Shown here piece after piece: positions 1 through 9,739 of a stretch of DNA of 24,000 nucleotides; the first letter of the stretch is position 1, and each line of letters opens with the position of its first letter. The DNA is from an uncultured Pseudohongiella sp. Its GTDB lineage: Bacteria; Pseudomonadota; Gammaproteobacteria; Pseudomonadales; Pseudohongiellaceae. The notes under the pieces are model-generated. The model had not been told where the DNA came from, did no database searches, and was given only the letters and a program-made list of their open reading frames with translations. The translations under genes and the position numbers were made by a program. The stretch covers positions 59,329 to 83,328 of the forward strand of contig OZ241324.1 in the NCBI GenBank assembly GCA_965199785.1, given 5' to 3'.

Positions 1-1229
1 TACGCTTCGATCCCGAGTTCCGCAACGTCCTGGCCGTGGCGTTCAACCTCGAGCGGTATCCTCGCCCCGGTGAACCGCTTGAGCGCCAGCCAGACAACCA
101 GCGAAGCGGTGAACACGAAAGCGCCAACCGCCACTATGCCCACCAGTTGCACCAGCGGGTTTCCGCCAGCCGCGATGCAAACCGCCAGAGTACCCCAAAT
201 GCCGGCTAAAAGGTGGGCGGGAATCGCCCCCACCACATCGTCGACACGAAGGTTTTCGAGCAGTTTCACGCCAAGGATGCAGATCCCCCCGCCTACGGCA
301 CCAATGATTATAGCCCAATAATGCCCAATAATATCGGGACCGGCGGTAATCGACACCAATCCGGCGATCACCCCATTCAGGCTCGCCATCAAATCGACGC
401 GGCCAAGCAGCGGCCGGCTCAGGGCGATTGCGGCTAGGAATCCGCCGCAGGCGGCCAAGTTGGTGTTGACGAGGATGTTGCTTACCGCCACGGCGTCGGC
501 GGCGCTGCCCAGCGCCAACTGCGAGCCGCCATTGAAGGCGAACCAGCCCAACCAGAGAATGAAGACGCCCAGGGTGACAACCGGCACATTGGAGGGCGGC
601 GTGAGCTTGACCGAGCCGTCGTCGCGGAACTTGCCGTGGCGGGCGCCGACGACGATGGTGCCAGCCAGCGCCGCCCAGCCGCCGGTGGAGTGGACGATGG
701 TTGAGCCGGCGAAGTCCTGGAAGCCCATCTGGCTCAGCCAGCCGCCGCCCCAGGTCCAGGCGCCGACAACGGGATAGATGAAGGCGGTGAGCACGGCGAC
801 GAAGCCGAAGAACGACCACAGCCTGACCCGCTCGGCGAGCGTGCCGGAAACGATCGACGCGGTGGTCGCGACAAAGACCATCTGGAAGAACCAGTCCGAC
901 ATCACCGAATAGCCGTTGTCGATCACCTCCGCCGCGGCTTCCGCATCCCCGCCGAGCAATGCCTGCTCCGGTGCCGAAGTGCCGTAGAACAGGCGCAGGC
1001 TGCCGATCAGCTGGTCCACATCGGTGTACATCAGGTTGTAGCCGACGAGGTAGAACATGATGCCGGCGATGGCGTACAGGCCGACATTCTTGAGACAGAT
1101 GACCGAGGCGTTCTTGGTGCGCACCGAGCCCGATTCGAGCATGGTGAACCCGGCGCACATCCACATGATGAGCACGCCCCAGATCAGAAAGGAAAAGCTG
1201 CTGAGGACAAATTGCACTTCCGGCGTCAT
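1..1229 (-). CDS. amt: Ammonium transporter (Amt family), C-terminal end runs off the left window edge
   Basis: Absent from the ORF track because no stop lies in the window. Reverse translation from ATG (complement of 1227-1229) gives MTPEVQFVLSSFSFLIWGVLIMWMCAGFTMLESGSVRTKN...GGWAALAGTIVVGARHGKF...AFNGGS...HGQDVAELGIEA, typical Amt motifs. The listed 43..1164(-) ORF is an out-of-frame shadow of this gene. Confidence 0.9.
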   Translation of the reverse strand, partial: MTPEVQFVLSSFSFLIWGVLIMWMCAGFTMLESGSVRTKNASVICLKNVGLYAIAGIMFYLVGYNLMYTDVDQLIGSLRLFYGTSAPEQALLGGDAEAAAEVIDNGYSVMSDWFFQMVFVATTASIVSGTLAERVRLWSFFGFVAVLTAFIYPVVGAWTWGGGWLSQMGFQDFAGSTIVHSTGGWAALAGTIVVGARHGKFRDDGSVKLTPPSNVPVVTLGVFILWLGWFAFNGGSQLALGSAADAVAVSNILVNTNLAACGGFLAAIALSRPLLGRVDLMASLNGVIAGLVSITAGPDIIGHYWAIIIGAVGGGICILGVKLLENLRVDDVVGAIPAHLLAGIWGTLAVCIAAGGNPLVQLVGIVAVGAFVFTASLVVWLALKRFTGARIPLEVERHGQDVAELGIEA

Positions 1230-1333
1230 TGGTGTTTTCTCCAGTTCGCGGCTATCGCGCGGTTGTTGGTTGTGTTGTTTCCGTCATGCGAGTCATTCGC
1301 GCCATTCGCGCCAGACTTGGTTCTAGGGGCGGC

Positions 1334-1774
1334 CTAGGGGGTCGTCTCCACACCGATGGTGTCAACCGGGCCGAAGCCGCGGATTTCCACCACCACCGGC
1401 TCCCCCCGGGAGCCATCGTAATGCACCGCTCCCGCCGGATGGAACATGAAACCGCCCGCCGGGATCGGCGTGGTGCGCTCCATGTCGTGGCTGGCGTCGG
1501 TGCCCGCGTGCCAAGTTCCCTCGATCACGGTGATGAAGCGGTCCTGGTCATGGTAATGCGGGTTGCTGGTGCCGCCCGCCGGGAAGCGGATGCGCATGAT
1601 GTAGAGGCCTTCCTCCCGGGGGTTGCCGTAGAGGATGTGCGATTGGGGACGGTTGAGGCTTTCATCCCATTCGATATCATCGAGCTGCACGATGACGAAG
1701 TCATCCCATTCGGCCGCGAACCCCGCTGGCACGAGCAGCGCCAGCGCGGCGATCAGATGGCGGATTTTCGGCAT
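1334..1774 (-). CDS. Secreted cupin-domain protein
   Basis: Internal ATG at 1774 of the 1334..2230(-) ORF gives 146 aa. It starts with signal-peptide-like MPKIRHLIAALALLVPAGFA|AEW. The cupin metal motif is NPHYHDQDRFITVIEG...FHPAGAVH. The upstream part of the long ORF is Arg/Ala-rich and overlaps the thiolase gene, so it is unlikely to be coding. Confidence 0.75.
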   Translation of the reverse strand: MPKIRHLIAALALLVPAGFAAEWDDFVIVQLDDIEWDESLNRPQSHILYGNPREEGLYIMRIRFPAGGTSNPHYHDQDRFITVIEGTWHAGTDASHDMERTTPIPAGGFMFHPAGAVHYDGSRGEPVVVEIRGFGPVDTIGVETTP

Positions 1775-1886
1775 GGTTTGATCCTGTTTGTTTCCGGGCT
1801 GTTTTTGGATTGTCTCCGGCTTAGTCTTTGCTGGGCACAAGTCCAACAGCCAGCGGCGAAACCGGAAATATCGTGCCAATATATAG

Positions 1887-3518
1887 ATGAAGCGCGGCTG
1901 TGGCAATAAACATTGCGAATTGATCGCGGATGGTGCTCCCTTGCTTGAAGACTCCACTCCGATAATCATCGGCGCCGGCCAGTGCGCGGAGCGCGATGTT
2001 CCGCCTCTGCGGGCTTCGTCGCCAATGAGCCTCGCCGCCCATGCCGCGGCGGCCGCGCTCTGCGATGCCGCCTCCGCGGTACGCGGCGATACCCAAGCCG
2101 CCGCGCCGCTCGCCAGCCGCATCGACACCCTCGCCGTGGTGCGCATCTTCGCCGATTCCCGCAACCGGCCCCGGCACGACCCCGGCTTCGGCCGCGCCGA
2201 CAATCCGCCCCGGGCCGTGGCGCGGCGCATCGGCGCGAATCCGGCCCGGGCGATCTACGGCAATATCGGCGGCGACACGCCCCAGGCGCTGGTCAATGAA
2301 CTCGCCGAAGGCATCGCCGATGGCGAAATTGGCCTGGCTTTGCTCGCCGGTGGCGAAGCCCTCGCCACCGCCCGCGCCGCGGCCCGGGCCGGGATCGCCC
2401 TCGACTGGAACGAAACCAGCGGCGGAACGCTGGAAGACCGCGGCATGGGCCTGGCGCTTTCAAGCCCCCACGAGCTCGCCCACGGCGTCGGCATTCCCGT
2501 GCAAACCTACCCATTGTTCGAGAACGCTCTGCGGGCCGAACTCGGCCACAGCCTCGACGAACATCTGCTCCACATGGGCAAGGTCATGGCGCCGTTCACC
2601 CAAGTCGCCGCGGGCAATCCACACGCATTCTTCGGCCAACCACGGGAAGCGGTCGAACTCGCCCGGGTCGGCGGGGAAAACCCGTACATCTGCCTGCCCT
2701 ATCCCAAGCTGATGAACGCCAGGGATCAAGTCAACCAGGGCGCCGCCCTGCTGCTGACCTCGGTGGGCCGGGCGAAGGAACTTGGCATCGACCCAAGCAA
2801 ATGGATCTTCCTCCACGGCTGCGCGGAGGCCCGGGAAAAGCCGCTCGTGGGCGGGCGCGTCAACTACCATTCAGCGCCCGCGATTCGCGCCAATGCCGAG
2901 TTGGCCCTCGCCATGGCGGGCAAAACCCTGGCGGACATGGACTTGATCGACCTGTATTCGTGCTTCCCCTCGGCGGTGGAAATCGCCTGCGCCGAGCTCA
3001 AGCTCGACACCGGCGACCCAAGGGGCTTGACGGTAACCGGCGGCCTGCCTTTTTTCGGCGGCCCCGGCAACAACTACAGCCTGCACGCCATCGCCACGAT
3101 GGTATCCCTGCTGCGGGCGCGGCCCGGTGGGTTCGGCTTCGTCACCGCCAATGGCGGCCTGCTCACCAAGCACGCGACGGGAATCTACTCGGCGCTTCCC
3201 TTCCCGGGCAAATGGCGGCGCCCGGACTGCGGCGGCATCCAGCGCCGCATCGACGCCATGGCCAGCCCCGAATTCACCGAATCCCCCGCTGGCGCGGCGA
3301 CGGTGGAAACCTGGACCGTGAGTTTCCGCCGCGGCATTCCCGAGCATGGCATCGTCATCGGCCGCCAAGCCGCCGACGGCAAACGCTTCATCGCCAACAC
3401 CCCAACCGACCCAGCGCTGCTGAACCGGCTCGCCACGGAAGAACAGATCGGCGCGGGGGGCACTGTCAGAACGACCGCGGCGGGCAACCTTTTCATCCCC
3501 GCGCCGGGAAGGCCCTGA
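1887..3518 (+). CDS. Thiolase-like acetyl-CoA acetyltransferase family protein (long form, ~540 aa)
   Basis: 543-aa ORF with thiolase-fold-like blocks: PIIIGAGQ, LIDLYSCFPSAVEIACAELKLD, GLTVTGGLPFFGGPGNNYSLHAIATMV, FVTANGGLLTKH. The start is uncertain (ATG 1887 or in-frame TTG near 1920). Confidence 0.75.
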   Translation: MKRGCGNKHCELIADGAPLLEDSTPIIIGAGQCAERDVPPLRASSPMSLAAHAAAAALCDAASAVRGDTQAAAPLASRIDTLAVVRIFADSRNRPRHDPGFGRADNPPRAVARRIGANPARAIYGNIGGDTPQALVNELAEGIADGEIGLALLAGGEALATARAAARAGIALDWNETSGGTLEDRGMGLALSSPHELAHGVGIPVQTYPLFENALRAELGHSLDEHLLHMGKVMAPFTQVAAGNPHAFFGQPREAVELARVGGENPYICLPYPKLMNARDQVNQGAALLLTSVGRAKELGIDPSKWIFLHGCAEAREKPLVGGRVNYHSAPAIRANAELALAMAGKTLADMDLIDLYSCFPSAVEIACAELKLDTGDPRGLTVTGGLPFFGGPGNNYSLHAIATMVSLLRARPGGFGFVTANGGLLTKHATGIYSALPFPGKWRRPDCGGIQRRIDAMASPEFTESPAGAATVETWTVSFRRGIPEHGIVIGRQAADGKRFIANTPTDPALLNRLATEEQIGAGGTVRTTAAGNLFIPAPGRP

Positions 3519-3857
3519 TCAAGCAAGCGGCTTCGAGGCGCCGCCGTCTCGCTGGATGGCGATCTCGTCCGCCAACAGCGCGTCCACCCGGCGGCAAACA
3601 CCACTTTGGGTGTTCCGCCCACCGCGTTGACCAACGCGTAGGGTGCCGGCACGGCCAACTCTCCCCCTGTTAAGGGGGAGTGGCGCGCAGCGGCGAGGGG
3701 GTTCCCGCCGAAGCCACGGTTTCATGGCAACGCAGCGGCATGTCGGGTTAACTGCATAATCCCCTTTTTGACAGGACACTGGTATTGGGGCTTTGTTCGC
3801 CAAGCCTCATGCTGCTAAGCTTTGGCGGCATTGGCTTTCGACTTTGGATGCATCGGC

Positions 3858-5123
3858 ATGAGCATTTTCCATCGCATTTTCGCGGGCGCGTTCGCGCTTG
3901 CCGTCTCCGGCGCGGTTTTCGGCGCCGAGTTCATCAAGGCCGACCCGGAACAACTCGGCATGTCCAGCAAACGGCTCGCGGTGCTCGATGCGCGCCTGCG
4001 GGCCTATGTGGACGAGGACCGCATCGCCGGACAGGTCGCGCTCGTGCTGCGCGACGGGCAAATCGTTTTCTCCGCCGCCAATGGCTGGCGCGACAAGGAA
4101 ACAGGCGTGGCGATGACGGGAGACACGATCTTCCGCATCGCCTCCCAGACCAAGGCCATCGTCAGCACCGCCATCATGATGCTGCAGGAACAAGGCAAAC
4201 TCGACATCGGAGACCCGCTCGGCCGCTTCCTCCCCGAATGGCGCGACATGCAAGTCGCCGTTCCCGACGGCAACGGCGGCTATGCGCTCGAAGACGCGGC
4301 CCAGCCCATCACCATCCGCCAACTGCTCACCCACACCGCCGGCATGAGCTACGGCAACGGGCCGTCCCAGGACCGCTGGGCCGAGGCGGGCTTCCAGGGC
4401 TGGTACTTCGCCAACCGCGACGAGCCCATCGCCGACAGCATCGCCCGCATGGGCGCCTTGCCGCTCGACGCCCATCCCGGCGATCGGTGGGTCTACGGCT
4501 ACAGCACCGACATCCTCGGCGTGGTGGTCGAAAAAGCCAGCGGCATGGACCTGCAAAGCTTCCTGCAGCAACACTTCTTCGACCCACTCGACATGCGCGA
4601 CACCCATTTCTATCTGCCGCGGGACAAGCGCGCCCGACTCGCGACTGTGTACCAGCCGGGTGCGGACGGCGTCGAGGCGCGGCCCGAAACCGATGGCATG
4701 TGGAGCCAGGGGATGTACATCGATGGGCCGCGGATGAGCTTTTCCGGCGGCGCCGGCCTGCTTTCCACCGCCAGGGACTACGCCCGCTTCCTGCAAATGA
4801 CGCTGAACGGCGGCGAACTCGACGGCGCGCGCATCCTGTCGCCCAAATCCATCGAACTGATGACCGCGAACCACCTCGGCGATGTGCCCTACCGCCCCGG
4901 CCAAGGTTTCGGGCTGGGCTACTTCACCGTCGAAGACCTCGGCGACCGCGGCAGCCTCGGCAGCGAAGGCGAATACGGCTGGGGCGGCGCCTACCATACC
5001 ACCTACTGGGTTGACCCGGAGGAGAACCTAGTCGTGGTCTACCTCACCCAAATCATCCCGGCCACCGGCCTCAACGACTACAGCACCCTGCGCAATGGCG
5101 TCTATCAGGCGATTGTTGAATGA
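3858..5123 (+). CDS. Serine hydrolase, beta-lactamase/transpeptidase-like family (class C / esterase-like), secreted
   Basis: S-x-x-K motif in FRIASQTKAIVS. Family-typical blocks include LLTHTAGMSYG and GWGGAYHTTYWVDPEENLVVVYLTQ. The second ATG (3858) starts a signal peptide, MSIFHRIFAGAFALAVSGAVFGAEF. The ORF-track start at 3822 is also possible. Confidence 0.85.
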   Translation: MSIFHRIFAGAFALAVSGAVFGAEFIKADPEQLGMSSKRLAVLDARLRAYVDEDRIAGQVALVLRDGQIVFSAANGWRDKETGVAMTGDTIFRIASQTKAIVSTAIMMLQEQGKLDIGDPLGRFLPEWRDMQVAVPDGNGGYALEDAAQPITIRQLLTHTAGMSYGNGPSQDRWAEAGFQGWYFANRDEPIADSIARMGALPLDAHPGDRWVYGYSTDILGVVVEKASGMDLQSFLQQHFFDPLDMRDTHFYLPRDKRARLATVYQPGADGVEARPETDGMWSQGMYIDGPRMSFSGGAGLLSTARDYARFLQMTLNGGELDGARILSPKSIELMTANHLGDVPYRPGQGFGLGYFTVEDLGDRGSLGSEGEYGWGGAYHTTYWVDPEENLVVVYLTQIIPATGLNDYSTLRNGVYQAIVE

Positions 5124-5252
5124 GCGGGCGCCGGGCGCTTTACCGCCGGTAACTGAATGCTTTCCCGGCTTGCGCCGGGCCCCTTTCAGTCACCGTCGCG
5201 CGCCCTCAGTGCCAGCGTCGAATCAGCAACGCCGGCGGGTGACTGCCACGAC

Positions 5253-5378
5253 GTTAGTCGCCGTCGGCTGGTGGAGTTCAGCGGGCGTGCGAGGCATGGA
5301 TGCCGAGCCCGAAGCGTACAGGGATGTATTCACAGCGTCCGCTGAACTCCACCAGCCAGACGGCGACGGATCGAAGCC
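5253..5378. repeat. Palindromic interspersed repeat, copy 1 (~126 bp, 28/29-nt inverted arms around a ~54-nt core)
   Basis: Left arm 5257-5284 (gtcgccgtcggctggtggagttcagcgg) is the reverse complement of right arm 5339-5367, apart from one bulged base. The whole element aligns with 22678-22805. Confidence 0.85.
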
Positions 5379-5411
5379 ACGAGCGACCGGTGTCCGAACC
5401 AGGAAAGCTCA

Positions 5412-6050
5412 ATGCCACAATCTCCCAAGATGACGCTGCGGGCGCTGTTTCCCACCTTCCTTCACGAAGCGTGGTATCCCGACCTTGCCGCTGAAAAGGA
5501 GCGACTCATCCGCCGGATCAAGCAAATCCGCGATGAAGACCAGGCGGGCCGGGAGTATTCGGCCCGACATTACCATTATGGCTTCACTTCATTCCGCAGC
5601 CGCGACCGGCTCTACACCGACCCGGCCTTCCGCAAACTCGTCGATTTCCTCTTCCAGGCCGCCTACGACTACGGCCACAAGCAATTCTGGGACCTGGAAA
5701 ACTTCGAGCTGGCCATGACCCAGCTCTGGTGCAATATCAATGGCCGCTACAACTTCCACCGCGACCACGTCCACCCCTATTCCCAGATCAGCGGCGTGTT
5801 CTACGTCCAATGCGAGGCCGGCGCGGCGCCGATCAGCTTCAAGGACCCGCGCCCGGCGCGCTGGATGGTCCCCGCCCCGCTGCGCGAGAACCGCGCCGAA
5901 AACACCCTTATCACCACCCTCCCCGCCGAGGAAGGCAAGCTGCTGATGTTCCCCGCCTGGCTCGATCATGGCGTCGCCCAGCACCACGCCGAAAGCGAGC
6001 GCATCAGCCTGTCCTACAACTTCGAGCTGCGGCAGAAAGGCAACTCTTGA
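5412..6050 (+). CDS. 2OG-Fe(II) oxygenase superfamily protein (TIGR02466-like)
   Basis: 212 aa with HRDHVHPYSQISGVFYV (metal-binding His-containing block HVHP) and a distal FPAWLDHGV...SERISLSYNF, as in the PF13759/TIGR02466 group. AGGAAAG lies 4-5 nt upstream of the ATG at 5412. An alternative ATG is at 5430. Confidence 0.7.
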   Translation: MPQSPKMTLRALFPTFLHEAWYPDLAAEKERLIRRIKQIRDEDQAGREYSARHYHYGFTSFRSRDRLYTDPAFRKLVDFLFQAAYDYGHKQFWDLENFELAMTQLWCNINGRYNFHRDHVHPYSQISGVFYVQCEAGAAPISFKDPRPARWMVPAPLRENRAENTLITTLPAEEGKLLMFPAWLDHGVAQHHAESERISLSYNFELRQKGNS

Positions 6051-6130
6051 TGCGCTGATCTTAATGCTCTTCCCTGTGCCGTGGGAAACCGCCGACCTAA
6101 CCAGCGCTTTGCCGGCTGAGACTCAGAGCC

Positions 6131-9100
6131 TCACAACCCCCACAGCACCCGCGCGTACCAGCGGCGGCCGCGGCCGTCGAACACCGCGCGGTCGAATGAA
6201 CCTCGCCGGTACAAGGGGATGTCGGCATTGGTCAGATCAATCACGCCGACGGTGAAATTCGCCGTGCCCCAGGAGGGATTGTCGAACTGGTGGCTGTAGG
6301 CGTATTGCACATCCCAAGTGTCGTAGCTGTCGGTTTTCGGCTTGGCGAAGGCGCGGTTGACCGGGCTCAGATTCGGGTTGATCTCCGGGTCCACATGGGA
6401 CTGGTGGCTGAGAATCTGGTACGAGCCGATGTGGCGGTTGAAGATCGAAACCCGGTGGTTATCGCGCATCCAGCTCAAGCTGATGGTGCCCCGGTTGTCC
6501 GGCACTTCGCGGACGATGTTCTGCTCGCCGTCGACGCCGGCGGCGTCGAAAATGCCGGTTTCCTGGAGGCCCAGTTCAAGGCCGGGCACATCGTTGACGT
6601 TGTAATGGTCGATGTGCGTGTAATCGAGATTGAGGCGGAACCGGCCCCAGTCGTGGTCCCAGTCGTAGCTGGCGCGGACATCGATGCCCTGCACCTGGAT
6701 ATTGCCCGCGTTCACCGCCGGCAGCACCAGGGTGATCAGGCCCGCGTTGGTGTCGGTGAGATTGCGCTGCACGCCATCGACCATGTACGCGGCGGGGTTG
6801 ACCACGCAGTTGCGCCGCTCGGCTGAATCGCGGCCGTGTTCGGCCTCAAGCGCCGCCGGATCGCAGGAGATGGGGAAGCCATCCGGGCCCCTGGCGTCGA
6901 GGGGGATGCTGCTGTTGAACACGAAGTTCGCCGGGTTTTGCACCGCCTCGTTGAATTTCTCGATTTCGGGATTCAAGGTGGCCCGGGGGATTTTCGGCAG
7001 CACCCGGTCCTCCACGTCGAAACGCCAGGCATCGGCGCCGATCAACAGGCCGTCGAGGGCACCATCCGGCGTCCATTGGAAGCCCACGCTGTAGGTGTCC
7101 GCGTTCTCGTTGCCAAGGTCCGGGTTGGGGGCGCCGACAGTGAACGACGAGTTCGACTGGGCGTTTTCGTTGGTCGCCGGCAGCAATCCGGCGCGCACGT
7201 CCTGGTTGCGGATCGGGTCGAGCACGCTGGTGGAGGAAGCCTCGAAAGCTTGATTGACCACGCCGATGTTCGGCGCCCGGAACGACTGCGAGAACGAGCC
7301 CCGCAGCAGCAGCTCGTCGACGGGCCGCCAGCTGAGCGCGACCTTGGGTGAAACCTGCGAGCCGATGTTGCCGCCGTAATCCTCCCAGCGCAGGGCGAGC
7401 TGGGATTCCACATTCTCGGCGAAAGGCAGCGAAAGCTCGAGGAACACCGCCTGAATGCTGCGCTCGTCGTCGAAGTTGAAGATGCAGTTGGAACACTCGA
7501 GGTTGTTGGTGATGCCGTCCGCATAGGCGTTGGGCCGGTCGTCGAGCAGCGGCAGCGGGTTGACCAGGCTCGCCCGGGTGCCGTTGTCGTCGTAGCCGGT
7601 AATCACCCGCAGGCCCGGCAGATTGATATCCGGCGCGATGCCCGCGGCGTTGCGCTGGCGGTACTGGTAGCCCGCGGCGAACTGGGCGGTGCCGCCGGTC
7701 ATCTCGAACAACTCGCCGGAAACCACCGCGTCGAACACGGTCAGCTTGTTGCGCTTGTCGGCGCGGAGGATGTCGCTGGCGGTCATCCAGTCGATCAATT
7801 CGGGGGAATTGGCCAGCGCCGGGTTCGAAAGCGCGGTCAGGTAGGGGTTGAAGAACTCGCAGCCGTCCTGGCCGTGGTTGCTGCTCGTCAGGGCGAGCGA
7901 CATCGTCTCCCGGGTGTTGAGGATGTAGCCGGGGAAAACAATGTCGAACAATCCGCCCAGCGGAGCAAAGGCCGGATGGCCGAGGAAGTTGAAGTTTTCG
8001 GTGCCGTTGGGCGTGCAATTCGGCCCGCCGAGGCCGACGATGGCGCGTTCGGTTCGATCGCGGATCAGCGTTTCATACTGCTGCTCGATGCTCGACCAGC
8101 TCCGCGAATACGAAACATCGTAGGACAGCGGACGGTCGGCAAGCTCTATTTCCCCGCGCAGGCCGAGTTGGGCGCCGGAAGTCACCGATTCGGTGATCCG
8201 GTCTTCCCCGGCCCGGGGCCAACCGGTGGAGATGGTGTCGCCACCGGTGTAATAGCCTTCGTTGAAGCCGCCGTTGGCGAGCGTGTGGGGATTGTTGCCG
8301 TTGTGGCCTTCCGGCAGCACCGGGTTGCCCGCGAACGCGCCGAACAGGCCGAGCCAGCCGGGCGAGGGCACCAGGTGCAGGGTGCGGGAAAAAGCGTAGC
8401 CGCTGCCCTGGCGCGTGGTTTCGATTTCCGAGTGCTGCGCGAAGGAGTAGAACTCGGCGTTGTCGCCGAAGGTATGCTCGAAACTGCCGGCGAAACTCGC
8501 GCGCTCCTGGCCGATGGCGATGAACTGCTCGGCCAGCGTGTCCTCGCGGCAGTTGCCATTGAGCCTGCCGATGTTGCTGAAGCGGTTGTCGATGAAAAAA
8601 TTGCCGTGATTGCCCCCGAGCGTGCCGCAAAGCGGGTCGGAAAAAACCGTGCCCTGGGTGCCGCTGACCGACTCGCCAAGGCCGATCCTCTCGGTGATGT
8701 TGCGCGTGGTCAGTTCACGGTTCACATAGGCGGGATTGATGTTCGCGCCCAGCGGCGAATTGATGCCGAAAGACCCCACCCTGCCGGTTGGGGTGATGCG
8801 CCCGGGGTCGAAATAGCTGGCGTGTTCGAGCGGCACCGGGTCGCGCTCGAAGTATTCGCCGGAAAGCACGAGCCGGGTGTCGCCGTTGTTGAAGCCCTCG
8901 CCCCAGATGCCGCTGAAGGTCTGCTCGTGGGAGCCGCCCGCATCGGCGATTCCCTGGGCTTCGGTGTACAGTTCCAGCCCTTCGAACCCGGTGCGCATGA
9001 TCACGTTGACCACGCCGGCGACGGCATCCGAGCCATACAGGGCCGAGCCGCCGTCGGTGAGCACTTCGATGCGCTCGGTCATCACCACCGGAATGCTGTT

Positions 9101-9505
9101 GAGATCGACCGACTCCTGGCCCGAGCTGGTGACCACGGCCGAAGGCGTGAAGCGCTTGCCGTTGATCAGCGTCAGCGTCGAGTTGCCGCCAAGATTGCGC
9201 AGATTGACCGAAGCCGTGCCGGCAAGCTGGCCGGCATCGTTCGAGCCCGCCACGCTGGTGTCCGACCCTTGGTTGACCTCAAGGTTGCGGATGACATCCC
9301 AGATCGCCGAGGCCCCCTGCGCCTCGATCGACGCCCGGTCGATAACCTGCACCGGCGAAGGCGCATCGAGCGGCGTGCCGCGAATGAACGACCCAGTAAC
9401 CACAACCTCCTCGATTTCCTCCTCCTGCGCCGCAGCCGGCAGCGCAAGCCCGGCGAGCACCGCCACCGTCAACAACCGCCTCGTTCCCGGAAACTTGCCT
9501 TGCAT
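6131..9505 (-). CDS. TonB-dependent outer-membrane receptor (large, 1124 aa)
   Basis: Signal peptide MQGKFPGTRRLLTVAVLAGLALPAAAQ. Then a TonB-box/plug region EEVVVTGSFIRGTPLDAPSPVQVIDRASIE...NLRNLGGNSTLTLINGKR...ERIEVLTDGGSALYGSDAVAGVVNVI. A long beta-barrel region follows. Confidence 0.92.
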   Translation of the reverse strand: MQGKFPGTRRLLTVAVLAGLALPAAAQEEEIEEVVVTGSFIRGTPLDAPSPVQVIDRASIEAQGASAIWDVIRNLEVNQGSDTSVAGSNDAGQLAGTASVNLRNLGGNSTLTLINGKRFTPSAVVTSSGQESVDLNSIPVVMTERIEVLTDGGSALYGSDAVAGVVNVIMRTGFEGLELYTEAQGIADAGGSHEQTFSGIWGEGFNNGDTRLVLSGEYFERDPVPLEHASYFDPGRITPTGRVGSFGINSPLGANINPAYVNRELTTRNITERIGLGESVSGTQGTVFSDPLCGTLGGNHGNFFIDNRFSNIGRLNGNCREDTLAEQFIAIGQERASFAGSFEHTFGDNAEFYSFAQHSEIETTRQGSGYAFSRTLHLVPSPGWLGLFGAFAGNPVLPEGHNGNNPHTLANGGFNEGYYTGGDTISTGWPRAGEDRITESVTSGAQLGLRGEIELADRPLSYDVSYSRSWSSIEQQYETLIRDRTERAIVGLGGPNCTPNGTENFNFLGHPAFAPLGGLFDIVFPGYILNTRETMSLALTSSNHGQDGCEFFNPYLTALSNPALANSPELIDWMTASDILRADKRNKLTVFDAVVSGELFEMTGGTAQFAAGYQYRQRNAAGIAPDINLPGLRVITGYDDNGTRASLVNPLPLLDDRPNAYADGITNNLECSNCIFNFDDERSIQAVFLELSLPFAENVESQLALRWEDYGGNIGSQVSPKVALSWRPVDELLLRGSFSQSFRAPNIGVVNQAFEASSTSVLDPIRNQDVRAGLLPATNENAQSNSSFTVGAPNPDLGNENADTYSVGFQWTPDGALDGLLIGADAWRFDVEDRVLPKIPRATLNPEIEKFNEAVQNPANFVFNSSIPLDARGPDGFPISCDPAALEAEHGRDSAERRNCVVNPAAYMVDGVQRNLTDTNAGLITLVLPAVNAGNIQVQGIDVRASYDWDHDWGRFRLNLDYTHIDHYNVNDVPGLELGLQETGIFDAAGVDGEQNIVREVPDNRGTISLSWMRDNHRVSIFNRHIGSYQILSHQSHVDPEINPNLSPVNRAFAKPKTDSYDTWDVQYAYSHQFDNPSWGTANFTVGVIDLTNADIPLYRRGSFDRAVFDGRGRRWYARVLWGL

Positions 9506-9739
9506 AACATTTACCCCTCAAGTTGAAGAAGACCTTCAGCTCTAAGGCTGATTCCGGCCAGAATTCCAAGGCCTCGGCCAACACGGCCAAGACCTGAAGC
9601 GAGTGTACTTCACCCCGCCAAAAAAACCAGCTTTTGCCGCACAGGAGCCGCACCGGAGCGCTGGAACCCAAGCCACTTTTGAGATAGGTTTTGCGCTGCC
9701 CGCAATCGCTGGAAATCCTATTTCATTGGGGACGTGGCC

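Noticed and set aside
43-1164. 373-aa minus-strand ORF (Arg/Gly/Pro-rich)
   Set aside because: It is an out-of-frame shadow of the Amt gene, typical of high-GC DNA. The true Amt frame is open from position 1 to ATG 1229 and has canonical motifs.
1294-1311. Tandem 9-mer cattcgcgc x2 in the amt leader, and a possible sigma54 promoter
   Set aside because: The GG-N10-GC spacing of a sigma54 promoter is not met in either register. Two copies of a 9-mer are insufficient evidence for a regulator site.
3661-3680. Perfect 7-bp hairpin ctccccc-tgttaa-gggggag
   Set aside because: It lies 140 nt downstream of the thiolase stop and has no U-tract. It is more likely a small REP-like palindrome than a terminator, and it occurs once in the window.
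3519-3803. 94-aa minus-strand ORF and possible gene fragment (…YALVNAVGGTPKVVFAAG / VDALLADEIAIQRDGGASKPLA in two frames) in the thiolase/hydrolase spacer
   Set aside because: It is too short and split across frames to assign. It may be a remnant of a small gene, but I cannot support a call.
3785-5014. Long overlapping ORFs 3785..5014(+) and 3807..4997(-)
   Set aside because: They are alternative-frame and antisense shadows of the serine-hydrolase gene. Their composition is Arg/Pro/Gly-dominated with no recognisable motifs.
6290-9545. Many ORFs inside or antisense to the TonB receptor gene (for example 6846..8018-, 7874..9526+, 8877..9545+)
   Set aside because: All overlap the well-supported 1124-aa receptor frame. 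They have low-complexity GC-driven composition.
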